Assembly: GCA_044344595.1 (NCBI GenBank)
Contig: JBIJCR010000003.1
Location: 5,960-69,959 of the forward strand
Direction of reading: 5' to 3'
Length of the DNA: 64,000 nucleotides
Source: Terrimicrobiaceae bacterium
GTDB lineage: Bacteria > Verrucomicrobiota > Verrucomicrobiia > Chthoniobacterales > Terrimicrobiaceae
The notes under the pieces are model-generated. The model did no database searches. It saw nothing but the letters and a program-made list of their open reading frames with translations, and had not been told where the DNA came from. Within the stretch, counting starts at the first letter, position 1. Every line of letters starts with the position of its first letter. Shown piece after piece: positions 29,496 to 38,923 of the stretch. Made by a program: the position numbers and the translations under genes.

Positions 29496-30814
29496 CGCGG
29501 CAGGCGCTCCTGGAACAACGCGGCTAGGCGTGCAACCTTCTGCGGCTGGTCATGGGCCAGATTGCGGAATTCCCCGGGATCCTCCATTACGTCATAGAGC
29601 AGTGGCTGGGGTCCGGCACCCGAAACATACTTGAAACGCCCATCAAAGACCATACTCCAATCGTTCAAGGCGCTGGTCACCCAGTCGCGGTGTGACCGGG
29701 TGCTTCCTTCGAGCAGCGGACGGAGCGAACGCGCATCGCTGTCTGGCAGTGGCGCGGCGCCGGCGCAGTCCAAGAAGGTGGCGGCCAGATCGTGCAGCGC
29801 CACGAGCGCATCGGACTTCACTCCCGAGCGCACACCCGGGCCGGCCACGATCAAGGGCACCCCGCACGACGGCGTGTACCAGACGCTCTTGCCCCAGCGG
29901 TCGTGATCACCGAGCATTTCGCCGTGATCGCTGGCGTAGACGATCAGCGTGTTTTCCAGTTCCCCGCGTCGCTCGATGGCGGCAAGCATCCGTCCCACGT
30001 GCGCGTCGATGTTTTCGATCATGGCGGCGTAGTTTTGGCGTCGCTCAATGGTGTCCGGGGCTTGGGGGTTCGAGTTCCCAGTCGGTGGCGGGAATTCCAC
30101 CGTCCGCCAGCGTTCCCGCATCTCCGCAGTGACGTCGAACGGATCATGTGGCCCGACGAAGTTGACGACGAGGTGCCACGGTTTGCCCGCCGGGAATTCA
30201 CGCAGGTGGCGCAGGGCATTGTCAGCCAACCAGTTGTCGCAGTACGCGTGGTCGGGTAAGTCAGTCACCGCCGGAAAGTTCATCCAGCCCGGTTTGCCCA
30301 GATGCGGCTCGTACATGGCGAGGTGCGTGGCGGCCAATCCCTGCGCGGCGAGGAAGTGCATGTACGGACCCTTGGGCGCCATGCCGTTTTGGCGGTAGGT
30401 GACGATCGCATCGCCCTTGCCTTCATTGTCGCAGCCGCCGGTGAATCCGTATTCCGCCAGCAATTTGGTACCGTCGAGTCCCCAGTCATGATCGGGCTTG
30501 TGCAGGTCGAACTTCCCGACGCCGGCCACCTCATAACCGGCATCGCGCAGGTGGCGGTAGTAGGTCGGCAGAGACAAAGGCGTATTCTGGTCGTTGTTGC
30601 GAACTCCGCAGCGCTGATAGTCGCGCCCGGTGGCGAGACAGGCCCGCGCGGGTGAACAGAGCGGAGAGGGCGTGAAGGCGTTCGTGAAACGCACACCGCG
30701 AGCGGCCAACCGGTCGATGTGCGGCGTCCGCACCGGCAGGCCATTCCCGGCACAGCCCAACCAATCCGGCCGGTGCTGGTCGGGGAAGAGAAAGAGAATG
30801 TTTGGTTGCTGCAT
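29492..30814 (-). CDS. Cys-type sulfatase
   Basis: MQQPNILFLFPDQHRPDWLGCAG and CSPARACLATG. No signal peptide. Confidence 0.9.
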   Translation of the reverse strand: MQQPNILFLFPDQHRPDWLGCAGNGLPVRTPHIDRLAARGVRFTNAFTPSPLCSPARACLATGRDYQRCGVRNNDQNTPLSLPTYYRHLRDAGYEVAGVGKFDLHKPDHDWGLDGTKLLAEYGFTGGCDNEGKGDAIVTYRQNGMAPKGPYMHFLAAQGLAATHLAMYEPHLGKPGWMNFPAVTDLPDHAYCDNWLADNALRHLREFPAGKPWHLVVNFVGPHDPFDVTAEMRERWRTVEFPPPTGNSNPQAPDTIERRQNYAAMIENIDAHVGRMLAAIERRGELENTLIVYASDHGEMLGDHDRWGKSVWYTPSCGVPLIVAGPGVRSGVKSDALVALHDLAATFLDCAGAAPLPDSDARSLRPLLEGSTRSHRDWVTSALNDWSMVFDGRFKYVSGAGPQPLLYDVMEDPGEFRNLAHDQPQKVARLAALFQERLPR

Positions 30815-30919
30815 GAAGAACCTCCTATTTCAGACTGGGATGCTCATGTGGCTCAAGTGCCGGGGAAAGGTCTCGTGCTGAAAGTGACGCGCGTGATTCC
30901 AAGACTCATCAATCACACC

Positions 30920-31879
30920 TTACAATCCGTTCACAACATTGATGCGGCCGCCGTCGAGGAAAACCCGCGCATTCTCATAGGCGGTCTGCATGAGCCTGCG
31001 GCGGGCGTCCAGAGTGGCCCAGGCGATATGCGGTGTGATGCAGCAGTTGCGGGCCGCCAGCAATGGATTGTCCGGCGCCGGTGGTTCCGTGCTCAGGACG
31101 TCCAGTCCCGCTCCGGCAATCGTACCATTGTCCAGCGCGGCCGCCAGATCCTCCTCGACGACGAGAGGACCCCGGCTTGTGTTGATGAGGAACGCGCCCG
31201 GCTTCATCAGGCCGAGCCGATCGCGGTTCACCAGACCGCGCGTCTCATCCGTGAGCGGGCAATGGAGACTCACGACATCGCTTTCCCGGAATAGCGTCTC
31301 CAGGTCGGTCAGTTCGAAACCCGCGGCCTCCTTCTCGCCACCGGGCCGACCGCTGAGCAGAACCCGCATGCCGAAGGCCTGCGCGACGCGCGCCACGGCC
31401 TTGCCGATCCGGCCCGCCCCGACAATGCCCAGGGTCCGACCGGACAACTCCATCAGTGGGTGCTCCCAGAAACAGAAATCCGGCGACCGGCTCCAAGCGC
31501 CGGTGCGGACGCTGGCCCCATGTTCCGCCACATGATTGCAGAGATTCAGCAGGTGGGCGAACACCATCTGTACGACCGACGCGGTGCCGTATTCCGGGAC
31601 ATTGGTCACGGGAATACCACGCGCTGCCGCCGCCCCGGTATCGACGACATTGTAGCCGGTGGCGAGAACGCCGATATAGCGCAGCTTCGGCAACTGGCCG
31701 ATGGTGTCGGCGGAGAGCGGGGTCTTGTTCGTCAGCAGGATCTCGGCACCGGCGGCGCGGGAGACGATCTCCGCCTTGGGCGTTCGCTCGTGTACCGTCA
31801 GTTCCCCAAGGGCGGCGAAAGCGTCCCAGGAAAGATCCCCGGGGTTCAGGGTGTACCCATCCAAAATGATTATGCGCAT
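30920..31879 (-). CDS. D-isomer-specific 2-hydroxyacid dehydrogenase (glycerate dehydrogenase-like)
   Basis: 319 aa. NAD-binding motif GIVGAGRIGKAVARVAQAFGMRV, a C-terminal ITPHIAW catalytic His region, and a 10-nt overlap with the upstream sulfatase. Confidence 0.85.
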   Translation of the reverse strand: MRIIILDGYTLNPGDLSWDAFAALGELTVHERTPKAEIVSRAAGAEILLTNKTPLSADTIGQLPKLRYIGVLATGYNVVDTGAAAARGIPVTNVPEYGTASVVQMVFAHLLNLCNHVAEHGASVRTGAWSRSPDFCFWEHPLMELSGRTLGIVGAGRIGKAVARVAQAFGMRVLLSGRPGGEKEAAGFELTDLETLFRESDVVSLHCPLTDETRGLVNRDRLGLMKPGAFLINTSRGPLVVEEDLAAALDNGTIAGAGLDVLSTEPPAPDNPLLAARNCCITPHIAWATLDARRRLMQTAYENARVFLDGGRINVVNGL

Positions 31880-33342
31880 GTTGTGCTCCTTGGAGAGTGG
31901 TTTCCTTTGCCAATCCCATCTGCCCAGTTGCCGCGCCCGGTCTGCCGGAGGCGTTCGCGGTACTTGTCTGCATCCTCGTCCGGGGGCTCGCTCAGAACGG
32001 TGGCCAGCGGGTCCTCGTGATCATGAGCGGCCAGCATCTCCTCGCGCCAGGTGTCGAGCAGACCGGCGGCCCGCTGGACCAGGTCGGGGCGCGTGACAGC
32101 CAAGTCCTGCTGCTCGTGGGGATCGGCTCCGATATCGAAGAGCAGATTTTCCGGAATCTCGTAGTATCCGTTCCGGTAGGTGCGGAGGTAGATGTAGTCC
32201 CGCCCGGAATCCCGGAAGCGAACCGAGCGCTGGCAGGTCTGCGCCATTTGAGAGAGCACGAGATGTTCGCGGCCGGTGTCCGCCCCGCCGGGCTTGAGGT
32301 CCTCGGCGAATCCCCTGGCATCCCAGGATGGATGGCTGCCGATTCCGAGGCACTGGTTGACGGTAGCGGCCAGATCGATGTGGTAGTGCAGCGCCGTACG
32401 GCGTGCGCCGGACTCGGTGACCCCCGGCCAGCGGATGATGAGCGGCACCCGGGAAGTAATCTGGTCGGCGAAGCAATGTCCACCGTAGGAGTTCAGTTCG
32501 CCCAGATTCTCGCCGTGGTCGGCGCTGATGATGACAGCGGTGTCGTCGAGCACGCCCAGCGCCTCGAGTTCGCCGAGCAGTTGCCCGACATGTTGATCGG
32601 TGTAGCGGATGCCAACGTCGTAGCCGTCCACCATCTGCCTGATATCGGCGAGGGTCTCCAGTGCGGCCGGATTGCGCGGATGCCAAGCGGCGGCGCGGAG
32701 GAAGAGAGCGTCCTGCGCGGAGCGGATTCCGGGCTCCCGGCGATGACGCTCCAGGATTTCTTGAGTCAGCCAGTCGTGGGGCAGGGGACAGTCGGCGAAG
32801 GGATTGCCCATGTCTGCCGGTGCCCGGTAAGGCGTGTGCACATCCCAGTAGTTGACGTGCAAGAACCAGTTGTCATTCGTGGCGTTGCGACGGAGCCACT
32901 CGCTGGCGGCAGGGGTGATCTGGTTCGCGAGGTCGTGTCCGAAGTGGCCGGTGTCATGCGTCTCGGCGAATCCGGCGTACCAGTGCCAGGCGGAGTGCCG
33001 CTCGCCAAACGAGCTGAACGTGGCGGTGTACAGGCCGGCGTCTCGCAGGTGGCGCATCCAGTTGGTGCGGCCCCACTGGGAGCGGAACTTACGGGCAGTG
33101 CCATCGGGGAAAGGCTCAGCCCGCGTGCCTGTGTGCGAAACGCAGCCGTGGTGAATGCCGAACCGCCCGGAGAAAAGGCTGGTGCGGCTCGGCATGCAGG
33201 GCGCATCGGAGGCATGGACATTGTCGAAGACCACGCCCTCGGCGGCCAGGCGGTCGATGTTCGGACTGGTGTCGCGGCCATAGCCGTAACAGCCCAAGTG
33301 ATCGGGCCGCAGCGAGTCGATATCGATGTAGAGGATACGCAT
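31870..33342 (-). CDS. Cys-type sulfatase
   Basis: MRILYIDIDSLRPDHLGCYGY and CMPSRTSLFSG. No signal peptide. Confidence 0.88.
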   Translation of the reverse strand: MRILYIDIDSLRPDHLGCYGYGRDTSPNIDRLAAEGVVFDNVHASDAPCMPSRTSLFSGRFGIHHGCVSHTGTRAEPFPDGTARKFRSQWGRTNWMRHLRDAGLYTATFSSFGERHSAWHWYAGFAETHDTGHFGHDLANQITPAASEWLRRNATNDNWFLHVNYWDVHTPYRAPADMGNPFADCPLPHDWLTQEILERHRREPGIRSAQDALFLRAAAWHPRNPAALETLADIRQMVDGYDVGIRYTDQHVGQLLGELEALGVLDDTAVIISADHGENLGELNSYGGHCFADQITSRVPLIIRWPGVTESGARRTALHYHIDLAATVNQCLGIGSHPSWDARGFAEDLKPGGADTGREHLVLSQMAQTCQRSVRFRDSGRDYIYLRTYRNGYYEIPENLLFDIGADPHEQQDLAVTRPDLVQRAAGLLDTWREEMLAAHDHEDPLATVLSEPPDEDADKYRERLRQTGRGNWADGIGKGNHSPRSTTCA

Positions 33343-33442
33343 TACGTGTCCCCTTCCAGTTTGCGCAGATCTTTCTCCGGTGTGCGGCTTGACAGGAAAT
33401 CATTCCTTGATGTTCCTGCGCGCATTGCTGCCTTGGATACTA

Positions 33443-34828
33443 TCAGCATGCTGGACTCCGTGTCATTGTCTTCGGTTCCGCTTCCTGCGGCAGATAACAT
33501 CCCCGCTCGCGGAGGGTTTGCACCAGCGTGGCGGTGTCCAAGTCGCAAGCTGGCTGGCCGGTCCTGATCGACTGCACGGCGGCGCAGCCCGCCGCCTCGC
33601 CGAGCATGTAGCACGCTGGCTGATCGCGGATCGCGCCGTTCACTTCCACATCGCTCGACACGCAGCGGCCGGCTGCCCAGAGGTTCGTCCACCCGCGTGG
33701 CACCAGGATTCCATAAGGCAGACCGTAGCTTTCACCTGGCTTTAGGCGGTCCCTCTTCTCGTAGCTCTCATAATAGCGCTGAAACTCCTCGGGCGTGAGA
33801 TCGTAGACGTGGATGTCCACGCCCTTGCTGTACACGCCGATCTGATCGTCAAACTTGCGGCGGGCTTTGAAGTCGGCGTAGTTGAGCTCATACTCGCCTT
33901 CGATGTTACGCGACTCGCGCACGCCCATCAGCGCGCCTGTGCTGACGAGTTCGAGTTTTTCACAGCCCTGCAGATGCTTCTGGAAGAAACTTGCGTATTC
34001 CGCCGCCAGCTGGCGGCCTTTCACGTAACCCTCGGTGAGGCTCCTGATCTTCACCGCGTTCATACGGAAGATGTGGCCGGCATTCTGTATGCCGTGCGAT
34101 CCTTTGCTGTGGAAGAGGCCCGGCACGTGCCGGTCGGGCTGGCTGAACTCGCCGGCCTCCACTCCGCGCTTGATCGCATCCTGCTGGTCGGCTTAGCTGA
34201 AGCCCCAGTCAACGTTCGCGACCGTGGCACAGAGCGTGGGCGGCATGATGTTCGGCGTATCGCGGCCGGCTTCGCGGTATTTCGCGCCGCAGAGGTCGGC
34301 GACGACCGCGTCGCCGGTGGCATCGATGAAGGCCTTGGCCGGCACGTAGCGAAGGCCCTCGATGTGCTGGATCACCACGCCGCGGACTTTCTTTGACGGC
34401 TTGTCAACATCCGCCTCGATCACGCGCGTGCTGAAGAGCAGATCGACGCCGGCGTCGAGTACCATCTTGTCGAGCACGCGCTTGAGCGGCTCGGCAGAGA
34501 ACTGGATGCCCATCCAGGGCTTCATCGTGTCGGGGTCGAGGCCGTTTTTCAGGCCGCCGGCGCCGTGGAGGGTGCGCACGATTTCCCAGAACAGCCCGCG
34601 GGTAAGGATCTGCTCGCCGTCGGACAGACAATACCAGCTTGCGACCAGGCCGTTGGTACCCATGCCGCCCAGTGCGCCGGTGGCTTCAACGAGCAGCGTC
34701 TTGGCACCGGCGCGGGCCGCGCTGATCGCCGCCGCCGTGCCCGCAGGCCCGCCGCCGGCAACGACGACGTCGTAGGAACTCTCGATCGGAATCTCTCGTT
34801 GGAATGTGTAATGTTTCATGCTTGTCAT
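33443..34828 (-). pseudogene. FAD-dependent oxidoreductase (PF12831-like) interrupted by one in-frame TAA
   Basis: Track ORFs 34193..34828 (VVVAGGGPAGTAAAISAARAGAKTLLVEATGALGG) and 33443..34162 are in the same frame. The only interruption is TAA at 34193-34195 (...VDWGFS*ADQQDAIKRGVEAGEF...). Read through, the product would be 460 aa with one residue inserted at the TAA, and would be collinear with the paralog at 1..1119. Confidence 0.65.
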
Positions 34829-34840
34829 TATTCTTAAACT

Positions 34841-35956
34841 TCATCGATCCACGTGTCTTAGAAATGGTTCGGCCGGCAGTCCGTGCGAGTTGAAGAGGTT
34901 TGCTTCCGTCCACGAGTGCCAAGCGTAGCGGACTTGGCGGACCTCGGAGGGACTCGTGATGGTGACGGTGTCGCCGGTGATGGTGCCGGTGACCTCATGG
35001 AATTCGCCGTCCGCTCCGGCGACCTCGAGCCCGCAGAGTGGTTGGCCGTCAGTGCGCAGGCCGTCGCCGGCATTGTCGAACCGGAGCGTGCGGCCATCGG
35101 GCTCGACGCGGGCCAGCGTGGGTCCGCGCCACGCGACCGGCTGGCTGTAGACCAGCGCCCGCGCGGCGCGGGCGAGGCGCTCGCCAACGGGTTGTTTGCG
35201 CTTGGGATGGATGTCGTCCTTCTCGCCGACATCGAGCGAGACAACCATCGCGGTGTTCGGGACAGTCTGTGCGACGTTGCGTTGGACCTCGCGCAGCCGC
35301 GCCCAGTCCTCATGAGGGTGGCCACCAAAGGTGGAAAGTTGCACGAACAGGAACGGAAGTTCCCGGCCCCAGGCCGCACGCCAGGAACGGATCAGAGCGG
35401 GGAAAAGCGTTTCGTACCACTCGGGAAATGCCGCATCACCTTCACCCTGATACCAGATCACCCCTCGGATCGGGAGTTTGTGCAGTGGCGCGATCATGCC
35501 GTTGTACAACGCCCCCGGCCGACGCACATACGGGTTGGGCGGCTGCCAGATGGACTCCGGGTTGGCCACCTCACTCCGCTTCTTCAGTGCCCATTCGTAG
35601 TGGGCGATTTTGTCCGCTTCACGGGCCGCGATCTGGTCCCAATGCGGATCGGCCTCGACGACTTCGCGTGGAAGCCAGCTGGTGATCGAGGTCGCGCCAA
35701 GACTGGCGTTGATCATCGTGACCGGCACTGAGAGCGCCTGACGCAGGTTCCGTCCGAAATGGTACGCCACTGCCGAAAACTCGTCTGCCGGCACATCCCA
35801 CTGCGGCTCCACCGCAGTGCAGGGCACATCGGCGTCGCGAACCGGTATGTGGCAGAGGCGTAGGAGGGAGTCTTCCGGCCCGGCCGGCTCCGCCGCGTTC
35901 TTCACCACCAGTTCCATGTTTGACTGCCCGCTGGCGAGCCAGAGTTCCTCATTCAT
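34841..35956 (-). CDS. SASA/sialate O-acetylesterase-like SGNH esterase (short form)
   Basis: The GQSNM motif (LWLASGQSNMEL) lies near the N-terminus, and GVIWYQGE is also present. ATG 35956 overlaps the upstream gene's stop (ATGA). The track ORF reaches 36067, inside the upstream gene. Confidence 0.8.
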   Translation of the reverse strand: MNEELWLASGQSNMELVVKNAAEPAGPEDSLLRLCHIPVRDADVPCTAVEPQWDVPADEFSAVAYHFGRNLRQALSVPVTMINASLGATSITSWLPREVVEADPHWDQIAAREADKIAHYEWALKKRSEVANPESIWQPPNPYVRRPGALYNGMIAPLHKLPIRGVIWYQGEGDAAFPEWYETLFPALIRSWRAAWGRELPFLFVQLSTFGGHPHEDWARLREVQRNVAQTVPNTAMVVSLDVGEKDDIHPKRKQPVGERLARAARALVYSQPVAWRGPTLARVEPDGRTLRFDNAGDGLRTDGQPLCGLEVAGADGEFHEVTGTITGDTVTITSPSEVRQVRYAWHSWTEANLFNSHGLPAEPFLRHVDR

Positions 35957-36900
35957 CGCGCAGCCTTGAGGTCGAAGCCTTTGGGTGTGATCGGCGGCAG
36001 CTTCAGCAGCCGATAATGCTTGAAGGGGATTGATACCATGTCCTGATCGCTCAGCAGTTCCGCCCACGAACGATCAGAATGCCCCCACAAGCCTTCGGCA
36101 TAGATTGCCGCGCCCTTCCCTCCATCCACATTTACCATGCCGTGTTCCTGCAAGGCGTGCGCAATCGTGCGCGCCCCGGGCGAGAGCGCAAAGCGGTCGA
36201 GATCGAGCGTGGGGTCAAGCTGGAGCACGGCGCCTTCGGGGATACCGCTGGGAGTCTGACCGTCACCCCAGATGGCCGGGAAGACGAATTCCTTGAAGGC
36301 GTTGACGCAAGTGGCAAAAGAAAGTTTGTGGTCGATGCGACCCTGCAGCAGCTCTTCATGCGAAATCAGCCCGGCGATGGCCGGGACGCCGATGGCCCGG
36401 CTGGGTCCGTACCAGTGGGTGCTCTCACCGTCCTTTGCCGGAAAGAGTACCGGATCGAAAAGACCGGGGCCGTCGAGGCTGTAGGCCATGCCGGTGAACG
36501 ATTCGAGTTCGCCATCGCTGCGCCAACGAGCCCCCCACATGTCCCAAGCAAGCCGGCGTTCATCGTCCACGAGCGCGAGATGGCCATCTGCTTCGCGCGC
36601 CGGGACGAAGTTCCGGTTGGGTTGGGGGATCAGCGGGCCGAAACCCGGGCCGTGGCGGAAGCCGGAACTGGGGAGATAAGTCTCGCCGGGCTGGACCTCG
36701 CGCTGGTGAACCCGGCGCAGCGGCGTCTCATGCGTGACCTGGTAGACCGGGATCGTCCAGTAGTCATGGTTTATCCAGAACCCGCCGCGCGGGACATTTG
36801 CTTCCAATAGCCGAATACAATGTTCGCTGCGAGGGTCGATCTCCGGGTTCGCCGGCAAGGGCGTATTCCAGAAGCTGTCCTCGCTGAAGAAACGTTTCAT
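35953..36900 (-). CDS. Conserved protein of unrecognised family (paralog 1)
   Basis: 315 aa, no signal peptide. Shares long blocks with 45724..46767: HLALVD.ER..AWDMW, DGES.H.YGPSRA.GVPAIAGLI, GRI.HKL.FAT, PAIW.DG, GIP.GAVLQLDP.LDLD, ALQE.GMVNVD. Confidence 0.8.
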   Translation of the reverse strand: MKRFFSEDSFWNTPLPANPEIDPRSEHCIRLLEANVPRGGFWINHDYWTIPVYQVTHETPLRRVHQREVQPGETYLPSSGFRHGPGFGPLIPQPNRNFVPAREADGHLALVDDERRLAWDMWGARWRSDGELESFTGMAYSLDGPGLFDPVLFPAKDGESTHWYGPSRAIGVPAIAGLISHEELLQGRIDHKLSFATCVNAFKEFVFPAIWGDGQTPSGIPEGAVLQLDPTLDLDRFALSPGARTIAHALQEHGMVNVDGGKGAAIYAEGLWGHSDRSWAELLSDQDMVSIPFKHYRLLKLPPITPKGFDLKAAR

Positions 36901-36922
36901 GGGTTGGAGCTCGTAAAATGGG

Positions 36923-38413
36923 TTAACGGCACTTCTTTATGAACGAATACGCTGTAGTTCCAGGGTAGTCAGTAGTCTTCAACTCGTCTATCAGAATGGC
37001 TTTCATTTGGTCAACGACTGGCTGCATATCCGACAGACGGGAGAGATTTCTCATCTCATGGGGATCGCTCTGTAAATCATACAACTCGCATTGCCCCGAT
37101 GCGCCGGCGCTGAACTTGTAATGCTGGTGCCTGATGGTGAACATGGTGTGCGCGACGCCCAGAAGTCCGTTCGTTTCAATCAGGATCCGGTCCCTCCAGG
37201 CTGGCTTTTCCCCATGCAGCAACGGCCAGAGTGAACGGCCCTTGACCTCGGTCTTGTCATAATCAGCCCCAGCGATTTCACAGAACGTCGGGTAGAGATC
37301 CGCGAGGGAAGCCCATTCTTCGAGAATGGTCCCGGCCGGCAGCGGGCTGCGATCATGGTGTTCGGGCAAGCGGAACAGCATGCCGATACGCTGGACCTCT
37401 TCGAAGGTACACCGTCCCTTGTCTTCCATCCCGCCGTGACTGCCGATCGTGTCGCCATGATCGCTGGAAAAGACGGTGACGGTATTCTTGTCCAGTCCAG
37501 TTTCAGACAGAAAGGCTAGGACCCGGCCGATCTGGTGATCGATCAGCGTGGTAAAGGCATAATAATAACGGATGGCCTCGGCCCAATTGTCCCAGGTAAA
37601 GGCTTCTGCGGGTTCCTTCCGTTGCATGGCATGAGGCATCGCATCCTTCAAGGCATCGAACTCAAAATTCGGCCAAGGCGGGATGTCCAGATCCTTATAC
37701 ATGTCGTAGTATTCCTGCGGAACATAATAGGGGTGATGCGGACCCCATTCATTGTGCCAGATGAAGAATGGCTTGTTCTCTTTGACGGCATTCTTGATCA
37801 AACCGATGGTGTGTTCCGCCAGGAAATAGGGCACCGTCGACTCCACTGGGCCTTCCGTTATGCCATATTCGGCAGGATAGCGATTGCCTTCGTGGCGCGG
37901 CAGCACCGTGTGTTTCCAGCCATTCCGGCTCAGATAGTCCTGATACTCCTGGAGTTTGAAGCCGCCGCCACCGTGACCGTGGAAATTCTGACCAACAAAT
38001 CCGACATCTTGGGGAAGTGCCGGATGGTTTTCATAGCCGAACATTTTTTTCCAGCCGGAGCCCAGGTGCCACTTGCCGGTATAACCGCAGCTGTAGCCCG
38101 CTTCGATCAGCCGACGCGAAAGGAGGCCGGGACGGTCGCGCAACTCGTGCATGCCGGATTGAAGGTCCTCGGCATTGCAGCAGAAGCCATGCTGATGTGG
38201 ATACATGCCGGTCATGACCGTGGCTCTGGCCGGGGTGCAAACCGGGGTGGTGGTATAGGCGGTTTCGAACCGGACCCCTTGAGCCGCCATGCGGTCAATA
38301 TTTGGCGTCTGGCAGACGGTCGGGCCATAACAGCCCAACGCGGAAAGACGCTGCTGATCGGTAAGGAACAGAAGGATGTTCGGTTTTTGTTTCTTAATCT
38401 CGTCGCACTCCAT
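36923..38413 (-). CDS. Cys-type sulfatase
   Basis: KPNILLFLTDQQRLSALGCYG, CTPARATVMTG and GKWHLG. No signal peptide. Confidence 0.9.
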   Translation of the reverse strand: MECDEIKKQKPNILLFLTDQQRLSALGCYGPTVCQTPNIDRMAAQGVRFETAYTTTPVCTPARATVMTGMYPHQHGFCCNAEDLQSGMHELRDRPGLLSRRLIEAGYSCGYTGKWHLGSGWKKMFGYENHPALPQDVGFVGQNFHGHGGGGFKLQEYQDYLSRNGWKHTVLPRHEGNRYPAEYGITEGPVESTVPYFLAEHTIGLIKNAVKENKPFFIWHNEWGPHHPYYVPQEYYDMYKDLDIPPWPNFEFDALKDAMPHAMQRKEPAEAFTWDNWAEAIRYYYAFTTLIDHQIGRVLAFLSETGLDKNTVTVFSSDHGDTIGSHGGMEDKGRCTFEEVQRIGMLFRLPEHHDRSPLPAGTILEEWASLADLYPTFCEIAGADYDKTEVKGRSLWPLLHGEKPAWRDRILIETNGLLGVAHTMFTIRHQHYKFSAGASGQCELYDLQSDPHEMRNLSRLSDMQPVVDQMKAILIDELKTTDYPGTTAYSFIKKCR

Positions 38414-38923
38414 GGGCAGTAACTGGAGCTTTCCTCAAATCCGATCGGCGTGTCGTTGCCACCAGCTCGCAGCGGCTCCAGCTGCGGGCACGCAACCGTC
38501 CTGCGCCTAGCAAATCAAGGCTTCCAGAGTATAGGGGTTATCCATGTTTCGTCCCAACGGTGCATCGCAGGAAGTTTGTTGTTGTATACGTGCTTGACAC
38601 CTTCTCGGACCAGCAAATGGTGTATTTTTTTGAGTGTGACTGCACCGCTCGAGATGGGAATCCTCTTTTTTCACCAAATCTTCCTCCGGCCAGCACGAGG
38701 CGACACTTCTGCTGAAAACTCTCCCGCTGCTTGGTCACGAGCAGGTTCGGACGATGGGCCGTCGGCGGCGGTGCTGCAAGCCGGCATCCGAAGCAAGCAG
38801 GTGAGGCTGCGAGCTTCAGAATGTGTGGCACTTTGGATTTTTTTTTCGGTTTATTCATGATGGTGTGCTGGGGATTTCACACCGGCTCTATGGACGGTTG
38901 CTCGCCTCAGAAACGTCGCCGAG

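Noticed and set aside
31897-33567. 556-aa plus-strand ORF. Also 19784..21136 (450 aa), 39407..40936 (509 aa), 17632..18489, 37535..38422 and 60804..61976 (390 aa).
   Set aside because: All are antisense to motif-supported minus-strand genes (sulfatases, GH63-like, GH31, LamG protein, methyltransferase). None has a recognisable domain.
34193-34195. Programmed recoding (selenocysteine or pyrrolysine) at the in-frame stop of the FAD oxidoreductase.
   Set aside because: The codon is TAA, not TGA or TAG, so standard recoding systems do not apply. A nonsense mutation or sequencing error is more parsimonious.
38538-38858. 106-aa ORF in the 510-bp gap between the LamG-protein gene and a sulfatase gene. 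A weak RPNLLVTKQRESF stretch recalls a sulfatase N-terminus.
   Set aside because: The resemblance is too weak: there is no DD/DQ metal motif and no C-x-P-x-R. It could be chance.
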